From Fistulifera solaris (lineage: Eukaryota), in NCBI GenBank assembly GCA_030295235.1, contig AP026126.1, forward strand, positions 1,116,001-1,180,000: a stretch of DNA of 64,000 bases, in the 5' to 3' direction. A model generated the notes under the pieces. It was not told the origin of the DNA and did no database searches. It worked only from the letters and a program-made list of their open reading frames with translations. Each line of letters opens with the position of its first letter. Positions within the stretch are counted from its first letter, which is position 1. This document shows, piece by piece, positions 24,440-35,709 of this stretch. The position numbers and the translations under genes were made by a program.

Positions 24440-26870
24440 ATGTCGTTAGCCACTGCCGGAGTTGGCGGCGGAATGGGCGGCGGGGGACTTACCATGGCCC
24501 ATCATGCTGCTGGAGCTCAGCATAATGCGGCCCCTCCGCCCCCTGATACTTCTCACATGAGTGGAGCGGGTCCCATTTTCATGGGAGCGGATCTCACGGA
24601 TAAAAATCAAGGCTTGTCGTTGAAGCAGGTCAAAAATGTATCTCATTTACCTCTGGTAGGAATCGATTTGCATTCCAGTGAACCCCTTGTTGCGTATTTT
24701 CCCCCAAAACCCGATGATCCGAGTGGTGGGGCGACTCCAATGCTCGTTGGGAAAATGAAATCTGCTTTGTATTTGAAGTCAAATGAGACGGCTCACAAAA
24801 CGGTAAAGAAGTACTTGGCTATGTCCAAGACTTTCCGTTCTCTTCAAACAGACGCGCTATCCGTTCCTTCAGACAAAGAAGCTGTTGTCATTAGTAAGCC
24901 ACATGTCTGGTTAGGGCTCCGCCGCATCAACGACGCCCCGAAATCGGTCCGCGATCAGCTGAACGTTTCCTCCGACACGGTAACTCACGCGATTGCCGAG
25001 GAAGTGCCACGAGGAGTTGGTGCTGCGCTTGTGAATAGTACACTGGACGGATCCGAGTCGTCAGGTGATGATTTCGATAGGGTGGTGTGGAAGGTCCGTC
25101 TGTGTGATTCAAAGAAAGCATTTCCGATTCTACCAGAAGAGGCCGTACAAGCTCTGCTACGACAAGCGCAGTATCATGTCGCTGTGAAGTGCAACGAAGA
25201 CTTGGAAAGCGAGGAGATCATCGATTATCCTCTTGCAATTTCTTTGCCCACTTGGGCGTTTCATGATGCGGCCGTCGACGCCCTTTTGGAGGCGACGGAT
25301 AACAGTGCCGTGATTGTTCCTCGTAGCGTCGCTGCCCTGGCTGGTGCTCTTTACCTCCTCCTCCCAACGGAGGAAGTCCATCCCCTTGTTGACACGCATC
25401 TTGACCGTAAGGAAGAACAGCAAGCAAGAATTTCAAAAGGTGCTGGCGCAGAATCCTGAGGCTATCTGGGAAGACGAAATAACGTTGATCATGGTTGGCA
25501 TGACTGAAGAAGGTCTAGAGACTACAGCTATTCAGGTTTCTTCGGAGAATGGTCAGAATGTTTGCGCGATTTTCGGTGACTTTAAAGTTATCTCGAATGT
25601 CTCATATCAAGATAGTGACCCGGTCTCGCAACTGAAACGCTGTGCGTTGGAGCTTGAGAAGGAGGTAGATCGCATCGCTCCGGAAGCCGATGGCCCCACT
25701 GGAATTGTGTTTTTGGATCACAAATTGAGCAGGACGATCTTAAATCAGAGTGGGAGAATATTAAGTCGTCGCTATCGGAATGGATCTCAGTTCCCGTGTA
25801 CAACACCAAACAAGATACGGTGGCCCTCGGTACGGCAGTTCTAGGAGGCGTCAGCCATGGGCGCTCTACCCGGATACGCGCAGCCGGTAGCAAGAAGACG
25901 AAGCCAGAGTTGGCGCTGCAAGTGCAAAATGTGGCACCTATGGCAGTTGGCATACGAATGTTCTATCACGGGAAGATATCACCTAGCAAATGGTCCAGTA
26001 TCCCCGTAAAAACGATATTTGATTTCGATCGGCGCGTACCAGCCGGGCCGTTCCCTATTGAACTAATCGCTTCCGAATGCGCTGTATACCGCGAGCATGG
26101 TGCTGATAAATTGTCAGAGGAGGACTTTCTCAAGGCGACCAAGGAAATGGAGGGCGTCAAAGGTATTCCTAAGCGAGAAGAAGCAGCATTGGATCTACGA
26201 GTTCAAATAGTGCAGAAGTGGTCTCGTGATGGGGAATGGAAACAAGTGGGGGATGTAATGCAACCGTTAGTTAAAGTGACCGAGCGAGACGATAAAACAG
26301 ACACCTCGAAGGTTGAGGCTGTTGAAAGTGTTACTCTTGAGCTCAGCTTGGGAGTCAACGGAATAATTACAAGCAATCTTGTCGGGGAACGGTAAGTGAA
26401 TGAACTAGCTATTTCTGTGTGCAACCAAGTGCTAACAATTCTTCTCTATCTCCAGCCAATCTGTTGTGCAAGCGACGAAGTCAGCGTTTCAGTCTACAAT
26501 GAGATACTATATTGGCATAATCGTTGCAATTCTCTTCTTTGGTGGTTTTATGGTTCGTTCATACTACGAAGAATATGCATTTAAACGGGATGTGAAACGC
26601 CTTTTGGCGTATTACAAGCACGTGATTCCAGGTAGCATTTCTGATGGCGATGAAAACAACGCCCGCTACTTGGTGTGGAAGTACCGCAATCAGAAGGAAA
26701 AACTTTGGAAGACGCTCGAAAAGAAGTACGGAGAGCCCGTTCTATATCCTGATGAATGGGAAGCGAAAACGAAAGAAGAGAGCGAAGCTGACGTGATGAA
26801 CTTAGATGAAGATTCGGACAAGGACAAAGAAGCGACGGGCACTGGTGATAACCCAACAGACGAACTATAA
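24440..26870 (+). CDS. Highly divergent Hsp70-like protein with a C-terminal transmembrane helix and TDEL terminus; frameshifts ~25380 and ~25712, intron ~26392-26455
   Basis: VGIDL, PEEAVQALL, AISLP, VPRSVAALAG, VALGTAVLG and VQNVAPMAVGI occur in Hsp70 order. These are followed by the TM helix YYIGIIVAILFFGGFMV and a RLLAYY...KY...LWKTLEKKYG module. Confidence 0.65.
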
Positions 26871-27036
26871 CAAATACCACCTTTCTAAACCTAGTTATAT
26901 CATATTTTGCTCAAAAAATTTACTATTATTTCATCATGACCAGCTCTTTAGTACAAATGAATGAATTTTTAGCGTAAAGCAGGTGAAAACAGATTGACGC
27001 GGCTCGACGTAGCAATGACAACCCATTCAGCAAAAT

Positions 27037-27561
27037 TTACAAAGGGACTCCTGTCCAGCCTATCGGGGTTGCTTTATGTCGGTCTTGCAAACCTTGAAAG
27101 ACTGGATTGGGTTGTGAATGCGTCACATCATGGCTGAAAGGACTGTTTTGTGTAGAAGACATCGTAGACGCCGTAGACGAAGACGATGATGGTTTCGCTA
27201 GTGAGCGCGAGTAGTACATTTCAGGTGTCGGAGGTGTCGTTCGAATATACCACTGAAAAACGAAAAAGATATTAGCAATGACAGGTTAGAAATTCATGGT
27301 TCGGTTTCCCGAATGAAATTCTGAACTTACACCCCATTGTGGACTTTCAAGGCTCCCCGCCTCTACTAATGGGTCAACTCTCGTCCTCTGTGACAAGGAA
27401 GTGAACTCTTGCTGTTGTTTAGACAGCCCTTTTGGTAAATAACGGCTATTCTCGTCTCCTGATAACTTATTTTGTACTGATCTTGTGCGGCTCATCGCTG
27501 ACCGTTGTGGAACGATTTCGGGCCGCGGCTCGTGCTTTTGCGTTGCCTGGTGATTTCCCAT
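27037..27561 (-). CDS. Small hypothetical protein with a possible N-myristoylation start (MGN); intron 27330-27253
   Basis: A canonical GTAAGT...CAG intron joins two ORFs in frame, giving SPQWG|WYIRTTPPTPEMY. Confidence 0.75.
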
Positions 27562-28012
27562 GATGTATTGTTGCGAATGATCAGATTTAAAAGGACAAAA
27601 AAGAACAGGTGAGATAATCTTGCTTGTGAAGATTCAACATTTCAATCACCCATTGGGTCAAAAATATGGATGTTGATGGCTGGTGTGATGTTTGATGGAA
27701 GAAGGAGGTCAAAAACATGGACAAAAAGTTCGCGTGCCGATGACGATAAAATTTTTCACGGTTCCGAACACAGAACAAAATAAGAGTGTCAATCAGTCAC
27801 TATAAACTTCACAAGTAGGATGGTGTCAAGAAAATGTGGTGTCAAAAATTCCAATGCCGCGATGACTTTCTAACCGGGCGTTGCAAACAGGTTTTGTAAA
27901 AGCGATTTCAGTCATGGACCGACACTGAGCAACATGCAAAGCTTTCGACGAACACAAAGTGCGGTTCGGTACCAAGCGTGATTAGCAACGAACGATGATC
28001 ATGGTGGCTTAC

Positions 28013-28412
28013 CTCAAACACAAGGTTCTCGCCGTTCTCATCAGACCAACTGAGTTTCTTTTTTCAGAACAGAGCACGACGAAGATTGCTGTAGATTGAG
28101 ATGGACAGCCGCCATTCGCTCCTGCAGAAATTCTTGTTGGTACGTGCTCATATCGGATACTTCGGATCGAACCATGCTAGGCGAGCCCTTGTGAAAGTGC
28201 GAACCTGACAGGTTATCTGAGCAACGTCGGAGATTATCAATGCTTTTCCTTTGATCTTCGGTCTCTTGCTCTACTGCGTCTTTTCTTCGGCAGACATCCT
28301 CGTCGTGATTGCCCCCTAACGCCCACAAGACCAACCCAATCGGCGCTCGTACGAAGTTGAAAAAACCAATGTCGCCGACACTGTCGGACTCTAAATGATG
28401 ATTGAACGCCAT
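28013..28412 (-). CDS. First exon of a hypothetical protein; frameshift in the A-run at ~28060, downstream exon unresolved
   Basis: ATG at 28412. The corrected frame reads LKKKLSWSDENGENLVFE and is followed by a GTAAGC donor at 28012. Confidence 0.5.
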
Positions 28413-29073
28413 TTTCAAAACGCAAAGGATTCCAAAGATACAACAGAGTACCTGGTAATTGTCGATGGATGAAATGGAATCGTTTTGAATGAAGCCGATC
28501 TTGTCTTTGGTTGGGACAGGTGACAGCTGCAACCTACCAAAATGTATCCTCTGTAGAGTAGCCGCCGAAAATCTACACCGTAGACGATACTGTTCCTTAG
28601 TTCACGATCGACTTTGCTCTAGCCTAGACTGTACATTCTGCCAAGTTGAATCACATAACTAGGTTCCACGTGAGTGCCGCTCGATACTCGCTCGCCTTGT
28701 CTGCGCAGAATTTTTGTCGAGGTGCTTGGAGCTTCTCTCATCGAGTGCAAGTGCACCAGATCAGAACACTAAACTAGGGCGCCCGGCTGTCGCCCTAGAT
28801 TTGTAGATATCTGTGCTCTAGCGCTAAACAAACAGTGATCTATCTCAGGCGATCGGTTTTTATAGTGTTCTTGCTAAGCTATTTACATTACTTTCGTCGG
28901 CGTGATTTTCGTCGATAACGCACGTGAAGCATTTGGCATAAAACAGCTGCTGGAATGAGACAGAAGACTGAAGTCACAATCGATCGAATGTTGTACCCCA
29001 TTGATGTGACTTTGACCACACGGTTGTTGTATAGGAATAATTCTCTCTCTCGAAGTAATTCACAACTGACGGA

Positions 29074-30485
29074 TCATTCATCTTCCATACCGAATCGCTT
29101 AAGACTGTAAAATGATGTGCAACCCTGTTTTAGACGACCTTCATAGTTGTAAACACGGGAAATTTTTGAGCACACAATATCCGGCAACACAGTTTCCTCG
29201 GGTGCGTCTTCTCGAGTTAATAGCGCTGCTTTCAGGTAACAGCAAAACTCAGTATAGAAAGGTCTGATTTGTCTTGTTCGATCGAAGTTCAAAAAGCGAG
29301 GCACTTGAATTGATTTAGAACCGACAAGAAAACCAACATTATCTCCTGTCCAGTCAATGTATACCATTCGCTCCTCCTTAGTTATCCGCCTGGATAATCC
29401 TTCATTGACGCAAACCGAGCCAGCCAGGTCCGATTTCAGAGCATCTGCAATCGACGCACCCAGTGCTTTTCCGAAGTCATTTACTTGTCGAATTTCTTCT
29501 CCAAAGTTCCACATCCAACGCCAAGCTACTTTTTGCACCCCTAGCGACCAACTAGCGAATGGTATTACTTCGTTGGTGGCACTTGCCGGCAATGTACCAA
29601 AACCTTTTCCTCGTTGCAGCGGTGATATCGGCACTTGCGGGAGATCACGAATTACTGAATCACCGAGCCAAACGCCAGAACTAAGCTCAAGTAAACTGAC
29701 CAGGTGCGGCATACGCGTAGTCTGTTCCATCGATTTTGTAGACGTCTGTGGGTATGTTTCCTGAGTCGACACACTGGTCGTTCCGTTCATGTTACGGGTT
29801 AATTTTTCGACAAGACGATCCACGTCTCCTTCCATTTCCATCAAATCTTGTGGCGTCAATTTCCCAGCCATTCTGTCATTCATATTGCTCTCGTTTGATA
29901 TCCGGTCTTCATCTGCAACGACCACTCGCATGAGCTGCTGATCGACTCCATAAAACACTAAACAACGAGACCTTGTGTGATCGCTTGTAGCAATACAGTG
30001 CTCAATAACGAATCCTTGAAGCTTGTCGGTGCCGATGAGCGTCGCGGGAAATCAGGAAGTGTAGCATCAAGAGAATATGATCCGTCGACATCATCGACAT
30101 CTACGTGAGAGTCTGTGAGCGATACTTTGCGCGTGGATGATTCACCACTTTCCCATTGAAAATCTTCCGTCATGGTGAAGTGCCGCTTTTGCAAATTGAC
30201 GCCTAACCGGATGGTTGATGTGTACGTCGGCGACGTTTTTCGTTGCACGATTCCTGCCGCCACATCGGAAGTGACGGCAAAAGAGACAGCTTTTCCTTTC
30301 CATTTTCCTTCGTGAAAGTCGGTAATAGATCGTAGCGCTGCAGTTTCTGAATTTTCTTCTCCATAGCTGCTGAACAAAGGATAGCAAGGTCGACGAGGCG
30401 GCGCCAGTGACAATGAAGTGAAAGAATGGGCGTGATTGACGAACAGTGCAGCGAGAGTCAGCCACCACAATCGGATAGTCATCAC
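29074..30485 (-). CDS. Putative plastid-targeted protein with two lipocalin-like beta-barrel (DUF3598-like) domains; frameshift ~30045
   Basis: Signal peptide ending AHS-F followed by a Ser/Arg/Pro-rich transit peptide. Two GxWxG barrel-start motifs (EGKWKG, SGVWLG). The two same-strand ORFs abut. Confidence 0.6.
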
Positions 30486-31009
30486 TAAATGCTTGTGGAA
30501 GATCTCTTAATATGTGTCTGGTTTTCTTTGGCCGTGGGGTGCGATATTCTCGATCGCTAGAATGACAATCTTCATTGTGATGGATGCGGCGAAAAAGGCA
30601 ACACATTTTTTCGATACAGTTGAGCCTAGTGTAAAGATAACGTATGAGCAAAAGTGTTAACGCCTGGTACACCTAACCTTACACGCTTTGTCGGTACGTT
30701 TTTACTGCTTACCGAGTTACTTTTCTCGACTTGCCTCCACACGCTCTCATCTTGCCAACAGAGAGAAAACAACGTCCTTTTCTTGATCAAGGAGTCTATT
30801 GTTGTTCCTCTTTTATCAACCTCGAAGGTGTGTTACTTTTCTCGTAGTTTCTCTGTCCGTAATCTGTTGCCGTGGAAACGAAGTGGAAAGAACTTAGGCT
30901 GTCTTTCGAGTTACCCGGACAAATCCTGGAATTTTGTCACATCCGAAAGGAAAGGATCATCTCACAATATTTCTTTCGTTATTTTATTCGCGCAGTCAAT
31001 TACAAAACT

Positions 31010-31588
31010 ATGGGTATTGATCTGAAAGCAGGAGGCCGCCGCGTGGGGCACAAAAGCTCCATGAAGAAGGTAAAAACCCTCAACCCTTACAACAGGCTTT
31101 TGATCAAGTTGTACAAATTCCTTTCTCGCCGAACGGACTCCAAATTCTGCGCAACTGTCTTGAAGCGCCTGCATATGAGCAAGGTTAACAAACCACCGAT
31201 CGGTCTTAACCGATTGGCTCGATGCATGACGAATAAGGACGACAAGACTGCTGTTATCGTCGGAAAGGTCACAGACGACGTTCGCATGTTGGACTGCCCC
31301 AAACTCTCTGTATGTGCTTTGGGTTTCACGGAGACTGCCCGCAAGCGCATCGTCGCTGCTGGTGGTGAGTGCATTACTCTAGATCAGCTTGCTCTGCGTG
31401 CTCCCAAGGGAAAGAACACCGTCCTTCTGCGCGGTCCCAAGTCTCGTGCTGCCTTGGCGCACTTTGGTCACAGAACCACGGTCAACAACCCTCACACGCA
31501 CAATGGTGTCAAGCCTTACGTGCGATCCAAAGGACGAAAGTTCGAGCGTGCTCGTGGTCGTCGTCGCTCTCGTGGTTTCAAGGTGTAA
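31010..31588 (+). CDS. RPL18: 60S ribosomal protein L18 (eL18)
   Basis: MGIDL..., [46 protein letters not shown] and [18 protein letters not shown]. Confidence 0.98.
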   Translation: MGIDLKAGGRRVGHKSSMKKVKTLNPYNRLLIKLYKFLSRRTDSKFCATVLKRLHMSKVNKPPIGLNRLARCMTNKDDKTAVIVGKVTDDVRMLDCPKLSVCALGFTETARKRIVAAGGECITLDQLALRAPKGKNTVLLRGPKSRAALAHFGHRTTVNNPHTHNGVKPYVRSKGRKFERARGRRRSRGFKV

Positions 31589-32022
31589 TCACTTGGTATT
31601 TAATAATAGTAATTTACAAGTAATGCTCCTCAAACTCATCAATTGTTATGAAAGTCAATCACGAGCGATCTACATTTTAAGAGCTTGTCTCTGATACTAG
31701 TTTGTGAGCTGCTTGTTGCTTCGTTCGTTTATCAAGCTAATGATAAGTACCCTTTTATTTACATCTCCCCTACTGTAGGGACTAGAGATATGTTGTGTCC
31801 ATCTCAACAAACATTTACGGAGTATCAGTGTATCTCGATAACCCATAGTCAAGCACGTATAACGTCATAAAACACCTTTTGATATGCTTTCAGTGGTGTT
31901 GTGAATATGCGTGATTGCCTCGTCATCGACGATCAAATCGTCAAACGTGGACAAAGCCGCACAGAAATACAGATACGCGGTAAAGCTTAGAATAAGAACA
32001 GGATGCAAATATAAAAAAAGGT

Positions 32023-33753
32023 TTAAAAGCCATCGAATTCCTTCGATAAGCCGCCTGTAACTGCCTTGGCCTTATCTTTGTCGCGGATGGTGCGGGCTTC
32101 TTCCCGCGAAAAGTAATTGAGGCCTTCCTTGGACGCCTTTTCTCCTTCGGCGTAGTATTCCATCTCAGCAGGCCCTTCATCGACAGCGTCTTCTTTATCT
32201 GGACCGTCGTCCAGCGCGAGGCCGTCCAAAAGTTCGTCCAGCTTGACTCTTTGATCATCTTCGTCGTCTTCGTCCTGATCACCAAGTCCACCTTCTTCCA
32301 TTTCCTCGGACGCAAGCTTCTTTGTGAACTCATTCTTGTACAAATTCATATTCATTCGCATGTCCTTGTCAGCTTCAACTTCCTGCATGAAGTCCTCCTC
32401 GTCCATTTCATCATTAGCGGCGGCATTCTTGGCGCCCCGAGCGTGAGGATTTGCTTCAGCGACATCAACATCCAATCGCTGTAGCCGCCAAATTCTTCGC
32501 ATGTTTGCGTTGGCTTCGCCAGTCGCAGCTCCACCGTATAGCTTGCGGATAACAACAACGTCCGGTAGTTTCCCTTGACCTCGGACACTTTCGGCTTCAT
32601 CGTCCACGAACTGTGTTTCCTTGAGATCGTAGCCGACGCAGACGTCCCCAGATTTGAGCAAGTAACCAAAGTGCGATTGTTCTTCTACTTGAGAATCGTT
32701 CATACCGAGATCATCTTCTCGTGCCATAGTCAATACTGCAAGTCGTGTCTTCATTTTGCGACTCGTGGATCGTTTCGAAACATTCTTGCGCAAGAAGACA
32801 GGTTCTTTTCCCAAAACCACATATCGAGTCATTCGCGAGCGCGCCGCTGTGATCAACGGCCGGATGGGATCACGCCAGTACGCGTCATTCGTCATTGAAG
32901 CAGTCTGACCGGTGAAAGGGTCGATAAAGTGAATCAAGTTGGAGATATTTTTGACGAGAACCAGTTGAGAGATGTTTCCCAAGTTACGTGCTGTCTTGGT
33001 TGGAAGGAAACATAAATCGTCTTTACACAAGGGACAAATCTCAACCAGACTTGTATATTTGAAGTTCGAAATGTTTGATTTGTCATCCGTTCCTATCAAT
33101 TTCTTGGACGTTTTGATCTTGACTGGGCAAACATTCTCGAGAAAGGATATGAAACGAGCTGCTTTCGATTTGTCGGGAAAGTAAAAATCCATTCCATCGC
33201 GAAACGTTTCAATACTGAGACAACCACGATGAGCTCCGTGCTTAAGAATGAGCTGTTCCAAGTACAGGAAGGTTCTTTTGTGGCTTACACGCTGTCGAAC
33301 CTGAACCAACGATTTCCAAGAACCTTGTCGAAACTCCGCTTGACACTCGATGCATTGTTGGTTCCTGACAATGAATACAACCGTGAAACTCTGTTGCAAT
33401 ATAGTCCCAGTGTGCACTTCCCTTTGAACTGTCAATCTGACTTTAAGTCGCATGGAATGCGGCTCCGTCCAGATCCAACTAGCATCCACGAGACGGACTT
33501 TCTCTCCACCTTTTGAAGACCGCAAGCCACTGACATGACCAAGACAGATGGACATGAGCTCTCGACTCTCCAGTTCACAGGCGATCCACTTCCCAGCTTC
33601 CTTGTGCCATCTTTGGCAACCGCGACACTGATGCAGCGTAGCTTCCGTACTAATGCCTCGCGTAATGTCAGACGTACTCGCCAAACAAGTCGCGCATGTA
33701 TTGGTAGGGTTCGGTGCAATGGGAACTCCACACATGCAGCAAAGCACCATCAT
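32023..33753 (-). CDS. NMD3: 60S ribosomal export adaptor NMD3
   Basis: CCMCG...CATC zinc motifs, WIWTEPHSMRLKV, VQVRQRVSHKRTFLYLEQLILKH, VEICPLCKDDL and LPDVVVIRK, with an acidic NES-containing tail. Confidence 0.98.
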   Translation of the reverse strand: MMVLCCMCGVPIAPNPTNTCATCLASTSDITRGISTEATLHQCRGCQRWHKEAGKWIACELESRELMSICLGHVSGLRSSKGGEKVRLVDASWIWTEPHSMRLKVRLTVQREVHTGTILQQSFTVVFIVRNQQCIECQAEFRQGSWKSLVQVRQRVSHKRTFLYLEQLILKHGAHRGCLSIETFRDGMDFYFPDKSKAARFISFLENVCPVKIKTSKKLIGTDDKSNISNFKYTSLVEICPLCKDDLCFLPTKTARNLGNISQLVLVKNISNLIHFIDPFTGQTASMTNDAYWRDPIRPLITAARSRMTRYVVLGKEPVFLRKNVSKRSTSRKMKTRLAVLTMAREDDLGMNDSQVEEQSHFGYLLKSGDVCVGYDLKETQFVDDEAESVRGQGKLPDVVVIRKLYGGAATGEANANMRRIWRLQRLDVDVAEANPHARGAKNAAANDEMDEEDFMQEVEADKDMRMNMNLYKNEFTKKLASEEMEEGGLGDQDEDDEDDQRVKLDELLDGLALDDGPDKEDAVDEGPAEMEYYAEGEKASKEGLNYFSREEARTIRDKDKAKAVTGGLSKEFDGF

Positions 33754-34206
33754 TGCCGTGGCGTGAGGGTTTCTGCGCAGCCATCACTTCCATGATAGCA
33801 ATACTATTTCTTTTTTTTTTAAGAATGCAGGCAAAGATCTCTAGAAAGTTGCACGACGTTATTCTTTGTTCTTCGAGGGTAACAAAGTGGCCTTATTTTC
33901 GTTTCTTGAATGGAGCCGATGATAAACTCATAACCTATGCGTATCAATGCCAGACGCCAGACAACAATTTTTCTTCAATCACCAATCACCAATCAGCAAT
34001 CAGGTCTCGTACCTGGTACCCTTTAAGGTTATGGTTACCTGTACCGATAATCGAGATGTGCCGCTCACACTCGAGAATTGAGACTCTAGACACAATCCAA
34101 AATCGTTTCGACGTATAATCAAAGCAGGCACTGCAAGTTTTTGTTCACAAAGCTACCAAAGAAGGAGAGTCAGCAGCGACTCGTCATCTGCCATGTGCTT
34201 GTATCT

Positions 34207-34563
34207 TGATTCATGACTGAAATACAGTCGTGGTGGTAACGCCCAAGAAAACACTTTCGTCTATAGCGATTACTGAAGACAATGATCCGCTATGCTTTTC
34301 GATGGGAGAAAACCAAGACGCTTATTTCAAATACTGCTAAGGATAAATACATTGTAATAAACCAGCATGGATCAAAAAGTTGCCGAATGAAAGGGTGTTA
34401 GGTCACAATTTAGCTCGAAGAATGTTGATTCATGACTGAAATGCAGTCGCGGTGGCAACGCTCAAAACAACACTTTGCTCCATAGTGATTTCTGACGACA
34501 ATGATCCGCGATGCTTTTTCGACGAAGAAAATAAGGCACGTACCTGGTAATTCAAATACTGCT
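34207..34563 (+). repeat. Two diverged direct copies (~135 bp; 34207-~34339 and 34426-~34563) of a hairpin-headed dispersed repeat
   Basis: Both copies read TGATTCATGACTGAAAT.CAGTCG.GGTGG.AACGC...AACACTTT...ATAG.GATT.CTGA.GACAATGATCCGC.ATGCTTTT...TTCAAATACTGCT. Confidence 0.88.
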
Positions 34564-34884
34564 TAATATCATTGCTTAACGTAAGGCAAATTTAGTTTTC
34601 AAAGCTATCAAACCGGGTGGAAGATAGTCAGCATTGACACGAACTTATTCTAAAGAATGTTTTGGTTGCCAGATTGAGTCGATTTGAGAATTCTTTCTGA
34701 GTGTAGAACTGAGTTCACTGCAATTTGTAGCATTGAAAGGTAGCTACTAAGATTTTGCTACCCATAGTAACACTTGTTCAGGCGAGAATAACCAAGCATG
34801 TACGACATGCCTTAAATGAGCTGGTTGTTGATGCTTCAGCCGTTTGAAAATATCTCAGACGCAAATAGCTACAAATCCGGTGTC

Positions 34885-35709
34885 TCATGCTTTCTCAAGG
34901 AGGGTTACGCATTTTGTGAGATCTTTTAAAGCCTCATTTGCGGCTCCTGCTTCTCTTTCGGCATCCAACATCAACTGGCAGAACTCAAGCGGAGTCACAC
35001 CGTCCGCTCCAACACTTTTCCTCGGCTGAGTATGCAATCGAAATCTTCCAGACGAGCGAAGCTCGTTTGAGGCTCCTTTGGACAATAAGTACTTCACGAC
35101 GGATGGCATAGCTCGCACTGCCGCGACACACAACGCAGTTTGTCGCGAATGTTGCGATTCGTCGCTGGAAATGTTCACCAGTGCTCCAAATTCTTCCACT
35201 AGGGTTTGCACACATGCCAGAATGGTCCCTTCCTTTACTTTACGAGCACGGCACACTTCCACGAGATAGAGACCACCCGATGAGACGGTTCTATTTATCC
35301 GTAATGTTGGTCCGAAGTCATGGATAAGACGGCGCAGTCGTGATTTTGAGAGCTTTTTCTCGGCTGTCGCCCCGTTGCTTAGTTCCGAAAGATAGTAAAA
35401 CACAATTTCCGTATTGTCTTGCATAAGGCGATGCGCATCTTGGACACGATAAATGGCAGAGCGCCGCAATCTCTTAGGTATTCTTCGTGCCCTGTCCTCC
35501 GCTTTTGCAGAACCGTAGTCTTGCTGTAGAAGAATTTCCCATATTTGCCGTTCTTCTTTTTTCAGTAATTCGTCCTGAGCTGCCTTGCACAGGAGAGCTA
35601 TCTGACAGATTGAGCCAGCGCGATGTGTTGGCGGTGCGAGGTAAGTGAGAACGTGAAAAAGCAAAACATCCGGAAGGTCCCAAACATGTGGGCCTTGCTG
35701 TTGAGCCAT
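34885..35709 (-). CDS. F-box-like and ankyrin-repeat protein
   Basis: N-terminal WDLPDVLLFHVLTYL resembles an F-box. QTALCVAAVRAMPSVVKYLLSKGA and GVTPLEF are ankyrin-like. Confidence 0.75.
   Translation of the reverse strand: MAQQQGPHVWDLPDVLLFHVLTYLAPPTHRAGSICQIALLCKAAQDELLKKEERQIWEILLQQDYGSAKAEDRARRIPKRLRRSAIYRVQDAHRLMQDNTEIVFYYLSELSNGATAEKKLSKSRLRRLIHDFGPTLRINRTVSSGGLYLVEVCRARKVKEGTILACVQTLVEEFGALVNISSDESQHSRQTALCVAAVRAMPSVVKYLLSKGASNELRSSGRFRLHTQPRKSVGADGVTPLEFCQLMLDAEREAGAANEALKDLTKCVTLLEKA

Noticed and set aside
30872..31009. N-terminal extension of RPL18 in the ORF track
   Set aside because: It has a non-ATG start, the conserved protein begins at MGIDL (31010), and the region looks like a 5'-UTR intron.
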